64,000 nt of DNA from NCBI GenBank assembly GCA_031835245.2, contig JAVKOQ020000033.1, positions 1 to 64,000 of the forward strand. The letters are read 5' to 3'. Both the position numbers and the translations under genes were made by a program. This stretch comes from Balamuthia mandrillaris. Lineage: Eukaryota. Shown here one piece after another: positions 10,551 to 23,498 of this stretch. The first letter of the stretch is position 1. Each line of letters opens with the position of its first letter. The notes below the pieces were generated by a model. The model searched no databases, was not told the origin of the DNA, and was given only the letters and a program-made list of their open reading frames with translations.

Positions 10551-12791
10551 TCAGTGGAACACCTCTACAACGACGGAAGAGTCGTCCTCTTCTTCTGGGG
10601 AAGAGTTCGAAGCGGTGATGGTGGAAGTAGCAGAAATGGATGAGGAGGTGAAATCATCAAACTCGTGAATGACCACATCGTTACCGTTGCCATGCACAAT
10701 GCGCGCATCGTCGAAACGAACCGCACTAATCCACTGCTTAGTGCTTTTGAGAGAGGCCATCTCTTCCAGTGCCCATGAAGAAGCGGAAGAATGCGGAGAG
10801 GAAGAAGAATGGAAGGAGGAAGATGGACTCCATGAAGCAGAGGAGGGCATGCGCCATACTTTGACCATGCCGTCATATCCGCCCGACACCATCTTCAGTT
10901 GGTCAAACTGTTTTATATTGCAAACAACAAATGAAGTGAGATGCTTTTGTGCTTTTCCACTAAACAGGAAACAAACCAAACTATAGGGAAGAAAAGAAAC
11001 AAGAAACAGCAAGCAAAAACAAACCTGAAGAGTCCAAACATAACGTTCATGGCAGAACATCTTCCTAGCTAGCAGCCTCCCAGTTGTAACATCACAAGCT
11101 AAAATAGAGCGATCCGAGTTGCCAGAAAGCAAAACCCTTTCATCAAACTGCAAACAATTGGGGGCTCCATGCTTCAGAACCACTCTTCGAAGGCATCGGC
11201 TTGTTTTTGTTGATGCCGCTCCTTCTACTACCATCACATCTTCTGGCTCCTCCATGACTTCTTCACCTCCCTTCTTTTTGTTTTTGTTGTTGTGCCAATT
11301 CAGACTTTCGTCTTCTGTTTTGCGGCTAGAGAAAGAAGACGAAGAAGTCACAGCTCGTATGTCCCAGAAACGAAGAGAGCCATCACGAGAGGAACCGCTT
11401 ACTAACAGTTCGTCGTTGAGCTGAAGGCAGGAGATGAGTCCTTCGTGACCAGCTAATGTTATCTCTGCTTGCCCTGTACGAAGGTCCCATATGTTCACTT
11501 TGCTATGGCAAGAGAAATTAGCAAATGAAAAAAAAAAGCACGAAGAATGAAGAATGGGAAAGTGAAGGCCAAAGAGTACGTACCAATCTTCAGCTCCACT
11601 GGCAAGAATGTTACCACTAAACTTGAGACAACGAATCCATCGTTCTCCTCCTTTTGGCTTTTGGGTTTGGTAAGAATTGATGAAACGACAAAGAACTACA
11701 CAACGAGACACTTTTTTTGAAGGAAGACGTACTTGCAATGTCTTAATGCATTGGGCAGATTCCACATCCCACACCTTGATAGTTGCGTCTCGAGAGCCAG
11801 AACATACAATGTTCTCTTGCAAACATAGGCACCATACCTGTTTGATCAAAGATAGCATGACATTAGGAGAAAGAGAAGAAGACGAAGAAGAAAATAAGAA
11901 CGAAGAAGAGAAAAGAGGAAAGCAATAGAGGAGTGAACGTACAAAATCGTGATGGCCCGTAAGAGTAGCCATGCACTCTCCTGTAGCCAGAGACCACACT
12001 CTCAAAAGATTATTGTTCCCTCCACTCACAACACAATGCCGATTAACGTCCAAGCAGTAAACGTTCTTGGAAGGCTTATCATGTGGCTGCTGCTCGTACA
12101 TGTGATCCAAGCTACGCTCCTTCACTGGCTGTCCTGCCATCATGCGTCGACCAGTAATGGTTTGCTTGCGAAAGTTGTCCTTCCAGTTTACTTTGGTACT
12201 TTTTCTCGCTCCATGTGGAAGATGGTGATGGTGCTCTGCTTTGTTCGTTCTTCCTTTCAAACCAAAGTACCTTTTACAAGAGCGATGATTAAACGACAGA
12301 AGAGATGAAACGAAACACAATAGGCAAAAGAATGAATGACTGAGAAAGAATGAACGAGAAGAAATGCAACCGAGAGAGAGAGAGAGACACCTTCTACAGA
12401 GTTGTCTCCAAAGAAACTATGCGAGGAGTAAAGAATGAAATAAGTTATGTTCAGCGTTCCTCCCAAGAAAGACAACGAAAAAGAAAAGAAAAGAAAAGAA
12501 AAAGAAAAGAAAGAAAAGAAAAGAAAAGAAAAGAAAAAGAAAGAAAAAGAAAAGAAAGACAACGAAAAAGAAAAGAAAAAGAAAAAGAAAAAGAAAAAGA
12601 AAAGAAAAGAAAAGAAAAGATAAAACACAGAACAAAAGGAAGAGTACAAACATTTTCATTGGAGAGAGCCCTCCAATGCTTACAAACGAGGCTGGCAAGC
12701 GCTACCGTCGTGGGAGGCAGAAAGCTCAGCACCATCAAAGCAAGCTCTGTGGGCAGCTCCGAAAGAACGTCCACTTTATTTTGTTTGTTAA

Positions 12792-12839
<48 letters not shown>

Positions 12840-13147
12840 CATCTGGTCGGGATGCGTTTACACCGATCGAGCTCCTGTTTGACTTCGGAAAGTTGGCCGA
12901 AGAGCTCCGCCACTTGACTCTCCAAAAGCTTCACTCTCTTTGCTTTCTGCTTGTTCTCCCGCTCCATCCGTGCCAGTCGTTTCAACACCATAGACATTTG
13001 GTTTGATGTTGCAGTGGTCAACCCTTCGTTCGGCGGCGGTTGGTGGTTCTCCTCCATCATTCCTTCCTCCACTTCCTCCTCTTCCTCCGTTTCTTCTTTG
13101 GCAACGGTCGTCGGCGAGAACAAAGGGTCTTCTGCCTCTTCCTCCAT
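10551..13147 (-). CDS. F-box/WD40 repeat protein (FBXW7/Cdc4-like)
   Basis: F-box DVLSELPTELALMVLSFL...ASLVCKHW (about 12655-12774). WD repeats include SGSRDATIKVWD, LAGHEGLISCLQ and SGGYDGMVKVW. Confidence 0.85.
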
Positions 13148-13480
13148 TTTCTTCTTCCTTTTGGTTATTTGTTTCCTCTTTTTTTTATCGTAATTTATTG
13201 GTCAATATCAATAGTCATCAATACAACAAAAAATATTGATTGTGCTGTTTATTATCGACAAAATTTTCAAGCGGCAGATAGACAGTGAAAGCGAGAGAAA
13301 GCGAGAGAAAGCGAGAGGGAGAGAGAGAAGAGAGAGAGAGAGAGAGAAGACAGAGAGAGAGAGAGAGAAGACAGAGAGAGCGAAACACTTTCGTTTCAGT
13401 TCATAGTCATAATAATAAATAGAGTTGCATCATCAACAAGAAAGAGGAAAGAAGAGGACAGAAAGAAAAGAGAGTTCGCT

Positions 13481-14852
13481 TTAGGAAAGGTAACCCGCTC
13501 GCTTGGCCGTCTGCTCTCGCATCAAACACTTCTCTGCAACCGTATCGAAGATCTGGTCGAGGTTGATGCCAACTTTGGCACTGGCCTCCACGTAAGGCAT
13601 GTTGCCATTCTCTTGGCACCACTGCTCCGCCTCTTTTGAGCTGACCTCACGTTTGAGTCCTGGTGTATCTCCATCCCCTTCTAAAAGGTCTATCTTGTTG
13701 CTTTATTGTAGGTAAGAAGAAGGAAGTAAGAAAGAAAGTAAGAAACGACAAGAGAGAAAGAAAGGATAGGAAAAAGATACCCCACGACTAAGAAAGGGAA
13801 GGAGTCGGGCATTTCAGGTGCCGCTTGTATGAGAAAGTCGTTCTTCCACTTTTGCAAATGTTCAAAGGACTGATGATAAAACGATCATTAGTGCTATGAA
13901 CGAAATGGGAGCAAAACAGAGAAGTCTGATGTTGAATGAATGAGAACCTTCCGATCAAACACGCTAAACACAAGAAGACATGCATCTGAACCTCTGTAGA
14001 AAGCAACTCCAAGACTCTATCGGTGACAATGGTGACGGTGGTGAGATTAGAAAACTGAACTTGCGAACAGTTCTCGCGAACGGAGAAAGTCACTCACCTG
14101 AAAACGTTCTTGTCCGGCTGCATGACACGACAAGAAACAAGACAAACAAAGGAATGCACCAAAAGGAAGAAATAAACTAAGTCAGAGCCTCCATAAACTC
14201 TTTCACTCTCCTTCTCTTGCTCTTTCAGTCAGATAAAGAAAGAAAAACCGAACCTGTATCCCAGATCTGACCAAGACGCACAACCAGACAGAAGAAAAGA
14301 ATGATGCACAGCAGAACAGGTGAGCAAAGAAGGAAGAAAGAAGGGACAAACAATAAAACAAAAATACAACATCACGAGAGGAAGAACAGGAAACGAAAAC
14401 GATGAAGAACAGCAAAGCAAACCAGAAAGAAGAGATAGAGAGAGAGAGAGAGCAAAAAGAAGGACAACACGAAAGAAAGACAGAGAGCAATACCTGAAGA
14501 GTAACAACATGGTTGTCCATAACAATCTGTTTGGTTGAAAAGTCGGCGCCGATGGTGGACTTGTAGCGTGTGTCAAAGGTGTTGTGGCAATACTGCGACA
14601 ACAAAGATGTCTTTCCGACTCTGCCATTCGGTGGTTGCGATTGGGTGGGCAACAAAATAAAAATCAAATCAGCTTTTCATCCTTTCAAAACCATTTGCTA
14701 CACGATTTTTTTAAGTAGCAGAAAGAAGAGAGAAACCCGCTATCTCCAATGATGAGCACTTTGAGCAAGGCTCGTTTGTTTCCACCCATGAGGAAGCTCG
14801 GCTCATCGAGCTCTCTTTCCGCAGGCCCAGGCGTAGAGGAACACAGTCCCAT
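13481..14852 (-). CDS. Rab7-family GTPase with N-terminal MGLCSS and no C-terminal Cys motif, 7 exons
   Basis: Spliced motifs [61 protein letters not shown] and EASAK. Ends TAKRAGYLS*. Confidence 0.9.
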
Positions 14853-15080
14853 CCTTCTTCTTCTTCTTCTTCTCCTCTTCTCTCTGCTTCTTTCCTTGTT
14901 TTTTGTCTTTTATTTTATTGCCCAATATTTGCCAACAAAATTTCAGATATTTGTCCTCTATCGTAACAATTGTTGTTTTCCAAAATTTTATTCAACGGGT
15001 CCGATAACTATCATACACAAGAAAACAAAACTTTGCTTTGAGAGGGAAGAAAGGAGTGAGGGACCCGGTCTTTTTTTTTT

Positions 15081-17011
15081 TTACTCATCGCTTTTGCTGT
15101 CCGCCTTCTCGGTGGCCACAGAACATTCGCTCACGATGGTCATCTTCAACGAAGAGTTCTTGCGGCTCATGGTGGAGGAAACGAACCGTCGCACCGATTT
15201 GAAGTAGAACGCCCAAGGGGTGGGGTTGCACAACAACGTCACGGAGACCGTCAGGCCCAAGGCAGAGAAGGCCAGGGACTTGATGACTGCCCCAGGGAAA
15301 CCCGCCAGATCCGTGTCGAACTCGCAGTCTCTCCCAGCGTTGGTGCCAAAGGGCGTGATCAAACAGTTGACGTACAGCTCGGACTCCTTGTGGATGGCCT
15401 CCGAGTTGGAGGCCAGGTAAAGGTCGTAGGTGAAGATGAAGATGTAACACAACAAGAAGACCAGCATGAAGGCCAAGATCCTGGACAGGTTGGGCACGGA
15501 CTTGAGCATCAACCCCCCGCCCTGCCTGAGCGCGGACCGGACGATGTGCACCACGGTGAAGAGGGTGCAAGAGATGCAGACAAAAAGCATGATACCCGAG
15601 GGAACGAACCAGAAGGCGATGAGGAAGGCAGAGTCCTCCTTGTCGGTGATGAAGCAGAAAGCAGAGGAATAAAGGAAGCCAAAGGCATCGCTGGCGAAGA
15701 GGATGATGGAGAAGAGCATGGGCACGCCAAGACCGATGGTGTAAAACACGCTCTGCTTGATACGAACATACCACACCTTCTTCTCAAGCTCTTCATAGCG
15801 ATCCACCAAGATCAACAGCACCGAATATCCTGTTTGTTGGAAATTGGTGTCAGAATGAAACCGAAAACAACAAGGAGCAAGGAGGCTAAACCAGTGTTGA
15901 AGCCAATGAGACACCACCAAACAGTGGCACTGACAATGCCATGATAGATGAGCGCTCCCTGAATGGAACAAGCTGTGCTGATGGCCACCGCCGTCTCCTC
16001 CACACTGACGGCTGTCACGAGGGTCTCGGCACCGGTGGTTTCATCCACCTCCAACCTCCGCTCGTTGACAGTCAGATCTTCATAGGGCTGATCCTCCCCA
16101 CCACACCAGATCTGCTCCTTGCCATCGGGGACCAAGGAAGGCAGAACCATGCCCCAAGCCAATAAATGCAAGGAGAGAAGGAGGAAGTACAACATGCTGA
16201 TGGGGAACTTCCTCAAGGCTGGGTTGATAATGGAGAGGAGGAAGGTCACCGCTGTGGCCATAAGAGAGAACCACCCCAACACCACCTGGATGATGTTGAG
16301 GGCATCGTATTGCTCTTCTTCATAGTAGGGAAAAGGGCAGATGAAGTAGCACTGTTGGACGTCCTCGAAGAACTTCATCGGCTCTGGGCACTCCGTGAAC
16401 TGGTAATTGTCGTACTTGGTCTGGTTGTAGCAACTAAAGGCTCTGGTGATGTTGTTGATGGTGACTTGGTAGTCTCCTTGTTCGTACATCGGATGGGTAA
16501 CGTTGTCGAGCGTATACACGTCATAGGCCTGATCGCAAAGGATTGGCAGCCCGTGCCCCTCTGGACGCCAAAAGCCAACCCCCATGAGGTCCTCCGCATC
16601 GCTCAACCGCGCCACCTCTCCGCACTTTGCCCACAGCACCTCGCAGACGGTGCGACATTGCTGCACAGGGACAGGGAATGGGAAGGTGGTGTTGTCGCAG
16701 GGCCTTAGCCAACTGGAGCAAGTGCTGGCCACCGCGCCGTGCATGCAGATCTTGTGAATGTCGTAAATGGGCGGGACAGTGATGGTGCCAAGGGTCACGC
16801 CGGTGAGCTGCTGTATCATCGCCTCGGCGGTCCAGCCAGGCGGCACGTAGAAGAGCATGCCGGGCTGATAGTCTGGGGATTGAGCGCAGATGGCCGGATG
16901 GCCATCCCAAACAGCACATGACTGGGCGGACGCGTGGCCGCGCATTTGCACCATCACAAGAGTCCACAAGAACAGCAACGGAGTACCAGGTTGCTTGCGT
17001 AGTGCTCCCAT
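15081..17011 (-). CDS. Frizzled/Smoothened-like GPCR (Fsl type), one intron at 15830-15891
   Basis: Signal peptide, a Cys-rich Frizzled-like ectodomain (CSSWLRPC, CRTVCEVLWAKC), a CPFP linker and seven hydrophobic helices (LRKFP, CSIQGALI, FCFI). Confidence 0.85.
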
Positions 17012-17702
17012 GGTCGCAGTGCTGTTCTATCTGTCTTGGCTTAGTCGTTGCGAAAGCGTTTTTTTTTTTTTTTTTTTCGTGTGGAGTGTGGTAGCGGCAG
17101 GCACAATGAGGGCGAAAAGAACAAAAACGTAGGCGAAAGGAAGGGTCAGGTGGGGCGCTCGTTTTGCGAGCGATGATTGACAAGCAACGGACCAATCCCT
17201 AAAGGAACAACCAGTAGTTCCGCGCCTATCCAACCCTTCTTCTTTCTTCTCATCAATTAAAACGAGATGTTAGTAACTAATGCAACAAACTGATCTTTGC
17301 TCATAATTTTACGCGTTTGACCAGCTCCAAAGACATTTTTATTCAAACCATTGTAATAGGATACAATAAAACCAAGAAGAAGAAGGACCTTGGTCTGGAA
17401 GCTGTCCCCTTCCATCTGTCAACAGCGTAAGCAGGGGTTTTCTCGTGGCCCGTGTTAGAGCGAGTTGGAGCGGGAGACCAAAAAGAAAGGGTGCTCCTCC
17501 GTCTGTCAGAAACGTTTGCGGGCGGGTGGGGCATTGCGACAATAACAATGCTGCCTTGTGGATATTTGACCAACGCACACCTTACTCGCATTTCATGGGC
17601 ACCACACGTTCAAGAAATGCCATTAAGAAAGAAAAGAATAAGGGGAGTGGTTGTTTATCGACAAAGGGGGATATGTGCGTGTGGAGTTGTGAGTTCAGGG
17701 TT

Positions 17703-18782
17703 TTAGGTCTTTTGCCGTTTGGTGGGAGTGATGGGATCCACAGCCTGTTGTTTGGTTGAGGAAGGTCTGTTGGGAGATGCGCTCGGTGAGGGCCTACTCC
17801 GCCTCTTCCTCCCTGCGGCAGACTGTCTAGGAGAGGCCGGCACCGATCTCGATGCCCTCTTCTTACTTCCGCCACTTCCGCTGCTATTTCCACTTCCTCC
17901 GCTTCCACTTTTTTGTTTTGTTTTTGAAGTCTTTTGGGTGGAGGAAGACGAACGCCTTCTCTTCGTTTGTCTTTTGGGAGTGTTGTTGTTGCTGTTGGCA
18001 CGTTTTGATGTTGTCGTAGTTTGGCTCCGTGTCCTCTTTGGCCGTCTTTGTCGTTTTCTGTGACCTTTCTCCTCGTCATCGTTATCCGTGTCAGTGGAGC
18101 TAGTGCTGCTGGTCTCGCTGTCCTCGTTGTGGTTGTTGGAGTCTCTATCGTCATTGTCGCTGTCGCTGGTAGTGCTGTTACTACTGCTGTTGGACGCATC
18201 GTCATCAGCCTCAGCAGCCTCCACAATGCTTTGAAGTTTGTCTCTGGCTGCTGAAGCCAACTCGTTCAGCTTCTTTTCCAGAGAGGAGCTCAAAGGAACG
18301 CCTCCCACTCTAGGACCAAAACCAAAGCCAGAGCCAGAGGAAGAGGGAAGTGGAGCGGATAATCGGCGGGAGAGAAGCGGTCGGCCGCGTTTGGTACTGG
18401 TGGCTGCTTGTTTCTTGTTGCCTTTGGGACTTTGGGATCCACGAAGCGGAGAGCTGGAGAGGCTGCTCAGTCGTTCAGAGGCTTCGTCCTCTTCATCAAA
18501 GAGGTCAACGTTGCCTTCTGCGCGGCTGCTTTTACAAGCAGTAGTTCCATCTTGGTCTTCCTCATTTTCCTCCTCTGCTTCAAAGAGGAGACGTTTGGCT
18601 CTGGTTGGGGCCACTTGTTTTCGTTTCTTGGCAGCAGAAGTGGAGAGGCCATGCGGGCCGATGGCCATGCTCTTTGGAGGTGCGCTCAGTGGGGAGTTAA
18701 CCGCCTGGTTGATTGCAATCAAGTCCTTTTGCAATCAGAACGTTAGAAAGGGGAGAGAATAAAAGCACAACAGACGGGGATG

Positions 18783-18814
<32 letters not shown>

Positions 18815-19717
18815 AAGAGAGAAAGAGAGAAGCATGAAGGAATTCCAACCCTTGAAGGACTCATGCCAATGCTATACAAGCTGGAACTTTTTCCAAATTG
18901 GTCGGTAACGCCAGAAGCAGAAGAAGATGATGCCAAACCCAAGTCAGAACGTTTGCCGCTGAGCTGCAACTTTCTTCGAGCACTATGCAAGAGAGATCCA
19001 CCGCGACTATCGGAAGCGGCAGAAACAGAAGCAGATGCAGAGGAACGCATGGGAGAAAGGTAGATGCTGGCCGGAGTAAGACGCACCGGAGACTGAGGGA
19101 TGCAAAACGGAGAAAGGGCCATGGTGCCCCTTCCGCCAATATTATTGGAAAGGAAGTTGGAGGGCATGGTAGTAGGTCGAGAGCCTGCCGCACCGAAGCC
19201 TGCCGATACCGGCAGATATGCGGCGGGTAGGTTGGTAGATGGAGATGTTGAGACGGATGATGAAGATGATGAAGAAGACAAAGAAGAAGAGGAAGAAGAG
19301 GAAGAAAGAGAGGGGGCTTGGAACTCCAACAAGATAGGCTCTAGCTGAGGAATAAATACGGTGTTGTAGAAAGTGATGATGTCGCCCTTCTCTTCTTCGT
19401 CTTTAAGCACTACTGCCCGATAGATCTGAGATCATAACGAGGAAATAAACAAGGATGCCCAACAAATACCTTTGTTAAAAACCATACAAAACATACCTTG
19501 GGATCTGCTTGAGGATGTTGTCGGTATTTTTCAAGAATCCTGCGAAAGGCCATGTCTTTCTGTTGATTCACTCTACAAACAGCATAAATAACGCAAAGGA
19601 TGATTTGGTCGATGTGCCGGTTCAACATGAGATTGCTGTGTGCAACAAGAACTTGTACAAGAGCTTTACATATCTGCCACACAATAAAAAAATAAGTAAA
19701 CAAGAGGGGGAGGGAGG

Positions 19718-19756
<39 letters not shown>

Positions 19757-22208
19757 ACTTACCAACATAAACAGTTCGGTGGTGATCTCCAGCGAGGCGC
19801 AGAGATTGCGACAGCGGAGAGACACCAACTGGAAGAGTTTACGGAAGAACAATTGAAGCGATTGAGAGTTGCCACTTCGGCTTTTCGTTGGAGTATGACC
19901 AGGTGTTGGTCGTGCAGGAGTGCGAGCTGTTACACAGAGTCCGCCGTTAGTTTCATAAGAAAAGAAGAGGAAAAGGAATATTCAGAACAAACCGGGAGAA
20001 AGAAGCAGAGGACTTGGTGGGACGGGGGTAGCGCAAGTGAGTCTGTTTTGGAAGTAGACCACGAGATCTCGTTGCACGTCCTTGTCTTGAAGGAGAGGAT
20101 AAATGCGAGAACCACTTTGCCAAGCTATACTTTCTAAAATCTTTTCTTCGATGCTGCTAAGGTGTCGTACGAGGGGATGAGGCAACTGCAATTTACAGAT
20201 CAGTACCATAAGCTGGGTAGAGAAAGAAAGAAACACACCTTCTTTTCGAACCGTATCACGTTTTCGATGAGTTTTAAAAAGTCGAAGGCCTCAATCTCAA
20301 ATGCTTGCAAAATATGAGGAAAGCCTACGTCGATGAGCTTGTACGAGTATATCAGTATTTCCATACAACAAGCCAATAGCGAGCGATGAAAAGCAGCGTT
20401 GTTCAATAACGTCGTAAAATTGCGCTGTTCAAGTAAAACATGTAAGAAACTGTTGGTTTGAAACAGTGAGAGAGAGAGAGAGAGAGAAAGCACAAGGAAG
20501 AAAAACTTTACATGTCCCAAACGTTCCTCCTCCGCAAGCAACATGGCTTCTAGGATCTTGTAATAGAGCTTGAGAGCTAGAGAGCGCCGTCTTACGGATT
20601 CTTCATTGACTGTTGATAACTGGATTTTAGCTGTTTGAGGTGATACACATTAGTTTTTGCGTCCTTCGCAACAAAATAAAAAAACAACAAACCAGCATAT
20701 TTTTCTGCACGATCGACAACACTATCTCCTGGGTTGGTGTCACAGGAGGCAAAGAACCGGCGCAAGATTTCGCTTGGTTGTGCTTCCTATGACATCAAAC
20801 AAATGCCCCCGTTAACGTAAAGAGGAAAGTGAAATAAACAACCAAACATACTCGCGCCATGAGAGTGGTTTGAAGCCAAGAAATGTTGCGCAAAGTGTTA
20901 GAAATGGGGGTGCCAGGTGGGACAGCGCTCGGCAGCGGGCTTGAAGGCGGTGCGTTGAGTTGAAGAGGGCGAGGAAGAGCAGAAGAGGGAGTGCCGGTAG
21001 TGGTGGGTGCTGTTGTTTTAGTGGTGTTCTTTGCTGATGCATTGTAGTCGTAGTACCGAAGGTATTGAGTGGAAATCCTGGAAGGAGTGCCGATCTGGTC
21101 ATCATTTGCTAGAAGCAGCCTCTCATCAAAGTCGCCCACTCTGTGATACATGATTTCATACTCACGAGCTAACTGTTGATTGCATTTTTTGATCATGGTC
21201 TCTGCCAGAGGACTCATCTCCTCGCTTGTTTCTCCGGTAGCCGATGCCTCTTTGCTTGTAAGCTTCAGTACATTGTTCTCTTCGAGCTGAAGTGTTCGCG
21301 TGTGTAAGTTAACGCAATTCAAATAGAATAGAAACTAGAAGCTGTATAAAAATACCTTTTTCAGAAAAGGTCTAAACAACTGTTCTTCAACCAACACCAC
21401 TTCAGAGAATTTGCAGCCGCTCTCAGAGCATAGCAACTGCAACATATCGTTACTGTTGGATCGACGCAGAGAGCTTATTGCAGCCTCTGCTGCTGTGCAC
21501 TCCTTTTGCCCGGCACCTTCTGGTATCAACTTTTGTTTAACTGCCAAAGAACAAAATGAACAGGTCAGCGACCTTGGCAACATAGAAAAAAAAATTGATA
21601 CGGATAGCCTAAAAGAGAGTGGAAACAAACCTCTACGCAAAGCCTTTTCTTGGTATTGCTTTGGTGCATGCAACAAAAGTTGGTTGAGACAGCAAAGCAA
21701 TAGATGAGCAGCGCTGATAAGGTCGGGCGTAGTTGCAAGTAACGTTCCTACGACAAAATTGTTAGTACGAAAGGAATGGGCGGTTACGAAATAGACAAAA
21801 GAATCAAGTACCCTTCGCAACTAAGAATAGAGTCCAGCCAAAGGTAAACAATTGATATAAATAGGTATCCTTGTGGCTGTAGCAATAACGGTAAGATAGA
21901 CAAAAAGCAGGGAATGACAAAACACGAAGAAAGAACAAGAGGCGCGTACTTGGTGGTCTGGGAGCCTTTACTAACAGAATAGCCAAACAAGTGCTCGAAT
22001 TCCTTCTCATACTTTCTGTACAACATGGATATGATAACGAATTTTCTCTCCAATGTTTGGAGTTGCTGTTCGTAGACGGTCCCAAGCTTCAAGTTCGCAA
22101 TGAACGACTTTAGAGGACCAAAAAAGTCCACCAACCTAAAGACAAAGTCAGCATCTGGTTGCTTTCACGAAAGCGAGAGGTAATGGCGCAGAAATTGAGA
22201 AGAGGATA

Positions 22209-22249
<41 letters not shown>

Positions 22250-22815
22250 CGAATGCGGGTCGCACGCAAAAGCTGAGTGAGAGAGACCCCGTTGCTGGAA
22301 ACAGGAGCAGTGTCGTTTGTCTTTTCCAGTCGTTTCTTGCCAGTGATGTAAAGGGCACAGGCTGCCATGAAGTTACAATATTGTGTCTACAAGATAAGCA
22401 AGAAAAAGAAGGGAAGGATTAGAAATGAAGGCGAGAAAGAAGTGAGAGAGAGAGAGAGAGAGAAGAGTACATCTTCAGCCTGTGGTTTCAATGTCAAGCG
22501 AGCGAGCAAGTCCCATGCGCTTTGGCGTGTTTCTTCATCTAGATTTAATCCAGCGCAGAGGCTTTGGTAGATTAATCGGTACGGCTCGAATGGGTGTGCC
22601 TGCTCTCCATCGCTTTTGGGTGATGCTTCCGTTTCCTTGTTGTCTTCCTTCTCTCCTTTTTTGTTGGTCTCGATCTGTTGTTGTTGGGTAGCCGATTTTT
22701 GGCTCTGCGCCGGTTGGTTCTGCTGTGCGAAGTTGGTTGACGGTGGCGCGTTTGCCTCCACACGACTCGTAGTACTCTTCGGATCAGGCGCTTCTCTACC
22801 TTTCTCTTCCATCAT
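17703..22815 (-). CDS. Retinoblastoma-family pocket protein, multi-exon
   Basis: Pocket A: LYYKILEAML, FHRSLLACCMEI, FDFLKLIENVIR, RHLSSIEEKILESIAW. Pocket B: LFFRKLFQL, LNRHIDQIILC, DIITFYNTVFI. The C-terminus has many SP/TP sites. Confidence 0.92.
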
Positions 22816-23048
22816 TTCTTTTCTTTGAGGATTAAAACAATTTTTGTTCAAAAATCTGCTTAACCGTCACACAAAAAAAATAAACTTTAAAAAAAAATCT
22901 TTGGTGAACGATGGCTGATTCTCTCTTCTCTCTCTTTTTTTGTTCCTCCGTCTGATTAAAAATAAAATATAAATAATAGGGTACCCTGCTAAAATAAAAT
23001 CAAAAATCAAATCACGGCCCTCGAACTCGCCGACTCACTCTCCCTCTC

Positions 23049-23196
23049 TTTCCGCCTTCCTCTCTCACTCTTGGCGTGTCTGCAGTTTCCCCGCCTTTTT
23101 TTGAACGAAAAGTCCAACCGAAAAAAACGCGGGAAAAAAGTAACATTTGGCGCCAAAACCGCCAACAAAAAAACTCCGTGATTTATTGGCAGGAAA
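23049..23196. promoter_or_regulatory. Cluster of E2F-type sites upstream of the Rb homologue
   Basis: GCGGGAAA at 23129-23136, palindrome TTTGGCGCCAAA at 23146-23157, near-matches TTTCCCCGCC at 23086 and TTGGCAGGAAA at 23186. Confidence 0.65.
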
Positions 23197-23326
23197 CCCT
23201 CAGGCGTTACCTTTACTCTCGTGTCGACAGCTGACGTAAGTTACGCCTGAAGGAATGCCAAGAATGAGAACGAGAAGCGAGCAGAGCGATGTGGAAGAGA
23301 ATCGAGAGAGAGTGAGAAATGATGTA

Positions 23327-23373
<47 letters not shown>

Positions 23374-23498
23374 AACAACAACTGCAAAATAACAAATGTT
23401 GGCAGATGATAGTTAACACAATACAATGAGTAAGCAAATGTGAATAGAAAGACAGAAAAAAAAGGGTTGGTTGCTTTTGTTTTGGGTTGTCTCATTTT

